Made by a program: the position numbers and the translations under genes. Under the pieces are notes generated by a model. The model was not told where the DNA came from, searched no databases, and saw only the letters and a program-made list of their open reading frames with translations. Below, one piece after another: positions 52,437 to 61,800 of a stretch of 64,000 bases of DNA (positions are counted from its first letter, which is position 1; each line of letters starts with the position of its first letter). Source of the DNA: Oikopleura dioica (Eukaryota; Animalia; Chordata); the NCBI GenBank assembly GCA_907165135.1, contig OU015566.1:1860001-1924000 (forward strand), in the 5' to 3' direction.

Positions 52437-53681
52437 ATGTTTGTGTACGATGGCCCCAACCCAGGAACTCCGCGTGCGTCTCAAGCTCTCCCGCCAGCAA
52501 ACTCGAGTCGAACATCGAGTCTACGTCTTTCCCCGACTCCGAGTACCAGGACGATCGACGATTTCACGTTTGTCAAGCCCAGTATTCCGCTTCGGTAGGT
52601 TAAATTGAGAGATATTTTGTGCATAAATAACAAATATTTTAGTACGATGCAAGCTGCGCAAACAAACGAGCATCAAGCTCAAGATGAAGCTCATTCGCGA
52701 GCAGTAGGCGAGCCAACTGTTCACGGGTACGAGACAACGAGCTTCGTCAACCCTCATCCTCCCACTTCTATGCCAGAGCCTGTCGGTGCTGGGCGTTATC
52801 AGGCGCCGACTCCGCTATCTATGCCCCAAGACGCGTCCGATCTTCGATCTCTTCCTCGGCCAAAACGCAAACGGGTAATACATTTTTATAAAAAAGTTTA
52901 TTAAAATTTTTATAAGGTTAACACCTGCGGCGGAGCGGCCAGGTTTGATCTTCCGTGTCTTGTTACCTCGATGGTCGCAAGCGGTCTTTGCGCTGTCGCC
53001 GTCTACGTTCTCTTTGCGTCGACTCAGCAATGTTTGCCGACTTTTGGCAACGAGGTGAAGTCGATCGCCCCCTTAAATCAGGTTACTCGTCGTCGTCGAT
53101 CGCTCTCGAACGAGGACTGCTTCTGCTCCTGCACCTTCGATCCGCGCGATAAGGGCTGGTCCATCTCGTTGGAAACGCCCAACAACCGCCCAACATGCGA
53201 CGTTGAGAGTTACACCGTCTCCGTCAACGGCAAGAAGGTGACCAATGCAGCTGATCTTGAGTTGGACCTTGCTCGCGATTTGCTCGATCTTCTCACTGCG
53301 GTCCTTCTCAACGACAACGACAACGAGGGTTCCAAAGGCGGCGACAGTGAAGGCGGCAGTGCCACCACTTCGACCAAGATGACTACTTCTACGCCGCCGG
53401 AGACAGGAACGCGACCGCCAACTACTCTTTTCTCCGACGTCGACGGAAACAACGAGGTCCCTGACTTGTTCGTCAACCCTGGTATATATTCAAGTTCTTT
53501 CATAATTTAATCATATAAATAGAAGTGACCATCATCGAGCCGTTCGGAGAGATGGACATTGGAAGTGGCGAGGACATCTGGGGCTCCGTTCCGGAAGGTA
53601 AATTAGTTTTATTTGAACCGTTTTCTAATTACAATTGTAGTGGAGTACACTCTTCCCATCGACTTCGACGGCGAAATCTAA
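52437..53681 (+). CDS. Five-exon type II membrane glycoprotein with a furin site
   Basis: Four GT-AG introns join in frame. Cytoplasmic N-terminus ending RPKRKR, TM LVTSMVASGLCAVAVYVLFAS, RRRR/S, CFCSC...C domain, Thr-rich stalk, DIGSGED. Confidence 0.7.
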
Positions 53682-54027
53682 GTATTGACCCCGAATTCTT
53701 ATTATTGGTGTGTCTTGGCATTCGCAACTGTAATCAAATTTACGCTTCATAAAATTCTGCTCATCTGCTCTCATTGAAAACTTATCTGCATTCCCACCCC
53801 TTAAAAATCATTTAGCCGGACCTTCTTATCACTCGTTTATGCAATTATGATCTATTGTATTATTCACCTTCTAACCCACCCTTTTATCGACACTCACACA
53901 GTTCAGTAGTATTTGACTGTTCTGCCGCTTTGCACTTATTCGACCGACAATTTTTCCGACCTGTTCTTGTCAATGAAGCCTCTTTACATTTTATTTGTTC
54001 GTTTTCTTTTATTGCAACACTTTAGCA

Positions 54028-56655
54028 ATGGGCAAGAAAAAAGTTATTTCGCGACCGTTAACTCCAATTCCATCTTGGCTCAAGAGTCAATTGAAAAATG
54101 CGCCCATCAAGGATGTAGTCAAATCTGCTGCAAATCAGAGTGCAAGGTAAATAATTGAAAAGCAAATATTCATTTGCTAATTTATTTGCTTAGGGCGCTT
54201 TTCACTAAAGCAGAGAAGGCCGCTAGCGGCGCGCCTTTTGCAACACTGCCACGGCCGCGATTGCCCGCTATCTTCGAAACCCGAGGTACTTTTAATCAAA
54301 GGGATTAAATTTAATGGATTTAGCTGGAAAGCGAAAGCGAATTTCTTCCCCGCGTTACTCTCCAGGCGCTGTTCGATTGTCTCCCGAACTTGTATCAATC
54401 GACAGTGCAAAAGTTCTTCCGACCAAGCAGGAGGCGGTTCTGATACACAGAGCTCCAGACGGGTCGATTCTGATTCCTCAGGAATTCACAAAAGTGCTGA
54501 TCGATTTCATCAACACTCTTCAGAGCGGTAATTTAGTTTTGTCCTGCATTTAGCTTAATTAGTTTTTAGAGTACGAGTGGGCGAATCCTCGTTAGGGAAC
54601 ATGCGCTTAAAACCTGGATTTTACGAGCAAATATTGGAATTTGCTGTGTACAGAGAGTGTTTTCAGCGTCGTGGTCTTTTTGGTTTAAGAAATTATATGG
54701 ACTTCAGCTTACCCGATCAACCTCTGCATTTTTCAGCTTCTCCGTATATTGACGGACAGTGGAGAGATACGCTTCTACTTGCCGCAAAAGGGAGAGACTG
54801 GCAAAATATTAAAAACAGAATACTAAACAATCCGCCTCCTGTTATTCTTCCATTCGAAAAAACTTCCCTTATTTCTACGTTGGCGAAGCAGACTGTTGAT
54901 TCTTTTCAAACTTTGGAAAATCGAGTTTTACCTACTCTTGGAAATGATAAAAACGCTCAGATATACACAAGTTTTCCTGAAAACGCTCCACTACTTCTTG
55001 CCGGAGATTTTGCGCCGAATCCTCGTATATGCAAACCAAATCCTGAAAAGTTTGACGCAGATTTTATTTCAATCGACAGTTTGCTAGGCGATGTGAATTT
55101 TTCGAGTCCCTCAGGGGCTCTTGCGACCTTAGAATTTATGTACGGAATCCTCGACATTGAATACAGAGTAGTTAAAGATACTCAAACAGGCGTTTCATCT
55201 ACCAGGCTGATTTCCAGAGCATTCCGACAGATAAATCCCGACATCTCAGAAGTTATTTATCGAAACCGTTTCGCTTGCGATCCGAAACAATTTAATGAAG
55301 AAGAATTTGTACTAAACAACTTTGATGACGAAGTTGATGTTACAATGGAGATGACAACCCTGCTCGGAGCTTTTTCTAGCGAAAGCTATAATTTTTCTAA
55401 GAAATTTCTAGCTGATGCGGCCTCTCTATCAAAAAAACAGCAAAACGGCAATTCGTCTTTTTCAGAACCAACTGAAACTACTCAATTCTCCAACAACGAC
55501 GCCGACGATGAGCTCAATCAATCTCGCAAAAGTGAGCGAATACGCAATAAGAAGATTAATGCAACCTCTAAAAGTGATGAATACGAGGAATACGAATATC
55601 TAACGACTCCCCTGGAGAACAGAGTGTATACCTTTGACGAGTGCAACTTCAATCTGTGTAGCAAGTTTTTTAATCAAACGGATCTTTTCAAATATTTGAC
55701 GCTCCTTGGAAAAACTGTCTATTATATGGCACCCTACTATAAACACTGCCCACTTCTCCTGGCCAATGACGCTGCAAGTCGCGACTTGGAGAAGAAAATT
55801 CCTAAAGCGCTGTTAGCTGACTGGCGAATTGGTAAAGTCTCTAAAAAAGTTGGTCGATCAATGGATAATTCTTCAAACTTTGCGGCGTCATTTGGATCAC
55901 AAATTTGTGAAGGAAATGTCAGCCTGCTCAAAAGTAAGCTGTTCAATCAAGATGTCTATAGAGTTTTTCTTCTGAAAAATCAAACTGACAACAGTGCTCT
56001 ACATCTGCTGCTTTCTATCAAGAAGTATTTCAACGATTTTGTGCAAGAGCTTTTTTTGCAGGCGCAGCAAGCAATTCTGTTTTCGTCGAAGGAAGTTGAC
56101 GAATTATCCACATGGAAGCGAGGTTCAGCGGAGACTCTTCAACAAAAAAGAAATCGTTTTCGATTGATGAGGCTTCATTTGCGCTCAAGAAAACAACTTC
56201 TCCTTCATCAAAAGCGCCAGATTAAAAGCTTGTTAACGAAGCTTCGGCTTCTTTATGTTGACTTTTGCACCAACTGCCCGTCTCAACTTGACAAAAACTT
56301 CCCGATCAAAATTAAATGCTCATTTGAAGATCAGCAGTTTCTTCAGACGTCGTTTATCAACTCATTTCAACGAAGTCAAATCGAAAATGCTGTATTTACC
56401 TGCGACCGTTGTTCAAGTCGTCTGAACAATTCATTTTATCGGATCAGGCTCTTTCGGCATTTTGAATATGACTTGCCCAGCATTTATCTACAACGAAAAC
56501 AGAGGCAAATGGCGGAAGTCATCAATTTCATGGAGATCACTTATAATATGTGTCCCGACGCATTTCTTATTTTCGGTATTGATCGCTCCAATGTTTACAG
56601 CAAAAAAGGTAATAAATTGATTTTACGAAGAGATTATACTTACTTATTATTCTAA
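54028..56655 (+). CDS. Large spliced orphan (~820+ aa) with two C-terminal CxxC motifs
   Basis: MGKKK... exons joined by introns 54147-54193 and 54286-54323, then to the 692-aa ORF through a non-canonical or tandem junction near 54525-54571. CTNC and CDRC motifs. It may extend 3' by splicing from the donor at 56609. Confidence 0.65.
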
Positions 56656-56820
56656 GCAGATAAAAATCCGGACGACTTACAAGCCACTCAAGAAGAAGAA
56701 AATACAGTCGTCGCCACCACAAACGTTTTTATCGTAAGAGCGAGCACCATCTAGCTTTCTAACTTATAAATAAGCTCCCCGAAAGCGACATTCGTCCACA
56801 GAATCGAGAGCGATCGCAAT

Positions 56821-57534
56821 ATGAGCACTCAGGTAATTCTTTTTATCAGCGTTAGTTAATAGATCATTAAAGCGCGCGCCGGATCAACAGGAAAAAACCT
56901 ACAACAATTCTCCCGAGTTGACAACAACGTTTCAGGACGAACTATTGTCAACAAGCTCGGAAGAACCTCGAACTCCAAGTCCGATTCAATTTCCGCCCAT
57001 AGAGTCGCTGATCTCAAGAAAGCCTATGGAGACTCAAACCGACCAAGTAGTTCCCGATCTGGAGAGAAACTTCAATCAATATCCAGGCCACACTCCGGGC
57101 ACGGTCATCCATACGGTAGGCCCCTGCACCGTGAACTATCATACAACGCCAGCAATCAATCAGAATCAAACCTGTTGGGGCCAACTGCCACCGCTAGCAT
57201 CAACTGCTCAATGGGCGCCGGAAGTAGTTCCAACTATTTGGCAACCGCCCCAGAACCTCCCGCCAGACGAGTTACAACAGACGACCTCATTACTTATCTG
57301 CGAGAAGTCGCGACTCCGACTGAGTCGATCGGGGCATCTATTGCAAATAGAGCCTCTGCGCAATTGTTGCCAGCACTCGTCGGCGAATCCACTGGTTTTC
57401 AGGAGCTCCGCGCTTCTTCCTCAACAGGAACGTCTACCTCGCACCGAACAATCGTCTCCTGCACGACCGACGAGTCCAGCACCGATTGCTCAAGCAACCG
57501 CCTCCAAGACCAATCCAAGACGCGTACACTTTGA
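56821..57534 (+). CDS. Ser/Thr-rich ORF (frame A of the dual-coding region)
   Basis: ATG AGC ACT CAG|gt 30-nt intron ag|ATC ATT..., open 56863-57534. Confidence 0.4.
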
Positions 57535-57580
57535 GGAGCCCTGCAAGAAGAAATACAAAAAGGACACCGAAAAACGCTAA
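56918..57580 (+). CDS. Pro/Gln-rich ORF with TQT, RVxF and basic NLS motifs (frame C of the dual-coding region)
   Basis: Open 56837-57580 with first ATG at 57026 (METQTD). RRVHFEE and KKKYKK near the C-terminus. Confidence 0.5.
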   Translation: MTTTFQDELLSTSSEEPRTPSPIQFPPIESLISRKPMETQTDQVVPDLERNFNQYPGHTPGTVIHTVGPCTVNYHTTPAINQNQTCWGQLPPLASTAQWAPEVVPTIWQPPQNLPPDELQQTTSLLICEKSRLRLSRSGHLLQIEPLRNCCQHSSANPLVFRSSALLPQQERLPRTEQSSPARPTSPAPIAQATASKTNPRRVHFEEPCKKKYKKDTEKR

Positions 57581-57775
57581 AAGGTAGTTTCTAAAAGTTT
57601 AAAAATTTATTAATAAATATTTCAGCTTTTCCTCCCCCAGCCTCCAACGACACACCGATTCCCGAGCTACGAAAATTAATGTCTTTTTCTTTCAATGTTA
57701 CTTGTTTTTCCTTGTTCTCCTCCTGCAATTTTTCAAATAAATGTCATTTTTTGAAAATCGTTTTTTAATTGTTCT

Positions 57776-58831
57776 TTATTTAAAAAGCCAGGCAGTAGGA
57801 TATTGTTTAATAACTATTTGAAAGGCTAGTAATCGATGAACTCTAACATTACTCTCAGTAAAGACGTCTCGACTATGATAAGTGTTTGTAAGTAACTGGG
57901 CTCCAAAATCTTTTGGGTTAAGTTCTGCACAAAGATCGTCAAGATCTTTTTGATTTCGAATAAACTCAGTTATCGTTACTGACCCCCAACCGTTCGGATA
58001 CGCTATCTGAGTTTGCGTTTGTATTTCTGGTTCGCCCGTTTCATAATTATAAACGGTAGCTGTTGACTTAGTGCTATAAAAAGCATCTACGCTAATTCTT
58101 AATAATCCCGAAAATACGTTTACTAAATCACGAACAAGTTGAACAACATCGCGATTATTTAAGACAGTAATAACGTATCTATTGCAGAGGTCTTTCCATC
58201 GCCCCATGTTGTCTGCGCCAGGCTGAAGCGGATAATGTTGCCACCCCTGTTCTAAACGTATTAAAAGAAAATTTAAAAACTGGCAACTAACTGATAAGAT
58301 GTCGGATAGGCGCGCGTAAAGGTTGATCTTTTCCTATGAGAGCGTCGAGTTCTTCTGGTTCAAAGTAATCGTCAGCTGGGGTGATAGGTGGAACAAGTCG
58401 TCGCAACTGATTCTGCTCATGAATTACGTTTGGTGCAAGGGCCTCTTCTGTAAAATTGAAATTTTCTTGCGTTTTTGATTTAGGGTAGAACCATTCTATC
58501 CTGGGCTCGCGAACCTGAATAGAAAACCCGAGTCAGGCTCTACGAGACTTTTCATATTAAACTTTTCAAAGCCTGACTTAGGTTTTCTACTCAGGTTCGT
58601 GAGCCCAAATTCTATCTGTTCAGGCGTTAATGTGTATTCGGGCTGTTGAGCTTTAAAAGCCGCCATAAAATCTTCCATCGGTTCGCCTGAACGAGGTGGA
58701 TTGTTTTCCATGCCAGCATAGTAACGACGTTTATGTTTTCGTATTTGAGCCGCTGTTGCAAATACATCTTCAACATAATTTTCAGCATCGTTTATCTCAC
58801 CAGTTTCAACGTTTAAACTATCGGTATCCAT
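57776..58831 (-). CDS. Three-exon orphan immediately downstream of the polymerase
   Basis: The 58496-58831 ORF, a middle exon (EALAPNV...RHLI) and the 57776-58207 ORF join through phase-1 introns (second intron gttagt...tttag). The ATG is 55 nt after the pol stop. Confidence 0.6.
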
Positions 58832-58886
58832 TCTTAATATTTTAATACATCAATTTTTTAGCCAGTGTGATAATTAAAATTTATAT

Positions 58887-61800
58887 CTAATAATATGTTC
58901 CATCAGCTTTTTTTAAGGCATAAGTGCGAATCTTATCCTTATCTACGATGCGCTTTTTGAGAGCGCCGTTAATCACTCGTTTTGACAGTACTTTTGTTTT
59001 AATTTGCTTGTTAACTTGGTCGTACATAAAAAGAGGCATATTTTTAATAACACTATCTTCGCTGTTGTCGGAAAAAAGCGCCGCAAGATAATCCAAATAT
59101 CGAAGTTTGATTTTTTTCGCGCAACCTTTTGCTGATCGTTTGACATTTTTTTCATTCAAAAAGGAGCGATTATGCTCCTCCAAAACTTCAAACACTCGAT
59201 GACGGTTTTCTGGAGCGACGATGGCTTCATCTATTCTATTGGGTTCACATTCGGTCATTATGTAACATTTAGCGCTGAGCGCTATAAACCATCCACTGTA
59301 TATTTCCGCTTCAACCTTTAAAAGCCCTGGTTCTTTCTGAGACGCTGGACAGCTTGTGGCAAACCACTTCGGCTTTATTATTGTTTCCCATTCATCCTTC
59401 AAGCAAACTTTAACACACTCGTCCAACGTTTTCGCGCCCAATGCAAGTACAAATGAGTCTGTGTCACAATAGCAAATTTGAACCATTCCTTCCTCCATGT
59501 ATTCATTTAGAACGTCTCGAAATTTAAAAAACAGTAGCTTACTGTTTTGATATACAAACAGCTGCACTTGAAGAGCCGTTGAATGATTTACCATTTTTTT
59601 GGAGAATATAGCCTCGTGGAGAGGATCGCATTTCGTCTTTTCTGCCTGGAGAGTAGAGAGTGATTTAAGCCGTGGATTGCGAAGCGCTGTATATAAATCG
59701 CCCGAAGATAATATTCGAGTTTTTAGAAATTTTGAGCGATTTATCGCAAAGTATCCAACCGCCGAATTCAAAATAAACTTAATCCAGTTTTGCCCCGCTT
59801 GGTCGCCCTTTGCCGCAGCTTTTACTCGATCTGCAACAAGATCGTTGACGAAATTTTCAAAAGGTTTGCCTCTGAAATAAGACACAAAATACTTGACTTT
59901 GTACTCGATCCCCATCTTCGCATAATAATGAAGCATTTGTGACGAAATAAAGTAATTATCAACATTAAAACAGAATATATTCTCCTCACATGGAAACATT
60001 CGTTTCTTCTGAGTATCCGAAAGAGTGTCATTCAAATCTCCTTGTAGATCCTCTCGTTCAATTCTTTTTCGAGCGAAGATAGGCGGCATGTACTTATATT
60101 TCTCAATCACTGACGGGGGCGAACGCAGATCAACCATTGCGAATCCAAAGAATTTACTTTCGCCGTTTTCATCTTCTTCTAACACCAATTTTTTGAATTC
60201 AGCTTCTGTAACTCCTTCTCGACCCGACGGTAATCCTGAGGGTTTTTTCGCTCCCTTGAATAAAAATGGATATGTTTTTGAAGATGGGCTTTTACCAGTA
60301 GACTCCAATATTTTCCATTCTCGTTTCCACTCGCAGGCCATTTTTATCGTTATACTGTGGGGAAAATTTTGAGGTCCCTCTGTTTCTTCCCATTCGTTCC
60401 CGTTCCAATGTTTCAGCGGTTTTCCCCAATCTTCAATTTTGTCCATTTTGCGAACATCGTCTATAATCTTCTGCATCCTCGCGTCTTCTTTTTTGAGTAA
60501 ACCGTCTTTGGTAAAAGGAACAAAAATTTTCGTACCGGTTGCAGGATCAATGAGTTCTTTTTTAGCCGCGCACGTCGGCTTTATTTTGCATAACTTATTG
60601 GTGCATGGATGAAAAGTACATCCCCGATATTCAAAAAAGTAACGTTTTTTAATGAATCGGAAAGGCTCTTTTTCTGCATCATTTGACCGAATTAAAATGC
60701 GCTCGTCCTCACTTTCCGCATAGCCATCAATATAATAATTGCCAATCTTTTTCTCTTCCAAATTGTAAGAATGTTCGATTGATCCGTTGAAAGAATAATC
60801 CGGCGACCAATTCAAATATTCCAGCCATCGAATAGACCCCAATGACGTATTCTGGCGTTGATGAAACATCCCTTTGCTAAAAAATCGCTTCTCATCGGCA
60901 TAACACATTGACGAAGAATAGCCCATTTTTTGTAAAGTGTACTTTATACCAGGCCCGCAAGGAAGATCTCCTCTAAAGGATTGAGGATACAAACTATTGA
61001 AATCGTAAGTTATAACCGCTTTAATTATTTTTCCAAGTAAAGTTTTCCAAGCAGATTCAGGAATCGCAGGATTAGGTCCATTCAAATATACCGCCCGATG
61101 AAGAACTTGAACAATGCCTCCTGTGAGATTTTTTCGCATGTCACGCAATAGTTCAGGAAAGTCAGGAGAAATCGAATATATTGGCGGACACTTTTTATCG
61201 TATTTCAAAAACGCAATTTTATGAGCAAGCTGAGAAATGCTCAATTCAGAATGAATGCCTAATCCAAAACGTCGTTGATTTGACAAGGCGAATGAAGAAA
61301 TAGATCCCTGTAGAAGAACACAATCGTTGTAATTGTAATCAATAAGGAAATCCATCATCGTGATTGGATTTTGATTTGAACTATCCTCTTCAAGAGCATA
61401 CCATCTTTCAACTGACGCTCTGTACATATTCGGCGAAAAACGGAAAAACGCGCGCGTAGCTTCGTCGTCCTCGTCCAAGTGCCAGCGGTTTTTCTCATCG
61501 CTCCAACAAAGAAACTTATCAATTTGAGTTGTCCACTTTACGTATAAATCAATCGTGTCGCGAATTTGGAATAAACTTTCACCTTGCGAAGCTTCATCAA
61601 CTGGCGGAAGGTTATCAAAATGTTCTTTTGCGACCGGATCTTCAAAAATATGTGTCAATTTTAAAAATCGGCAAACACGATTCGCAATTTCTTTTTTTTC
61701 ATTTTTCCATTTCCCATCTTGAATATTCGTTGCAATGATTTTATCCATTTCAATTACGTACTCATTTGTTGCTACCGACATCGTTGAATAGAAGCAGGGA

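Noticed and set aside
53913-54158. Small secreted Cys-rich ORF (MKPLYILF...CAHQGCSQICCKSEC)
   Set aside because: Its splice product stops at once. The overlapping frame from ATG 54028 splices in frame through three exons into the large ORF.
56819-56824. ATGA stop/start overlap coupling the large orphan to the next ORF
   Set aside because: On rechecking splice phases, the upstream gene does not use the frame containing that TGA.
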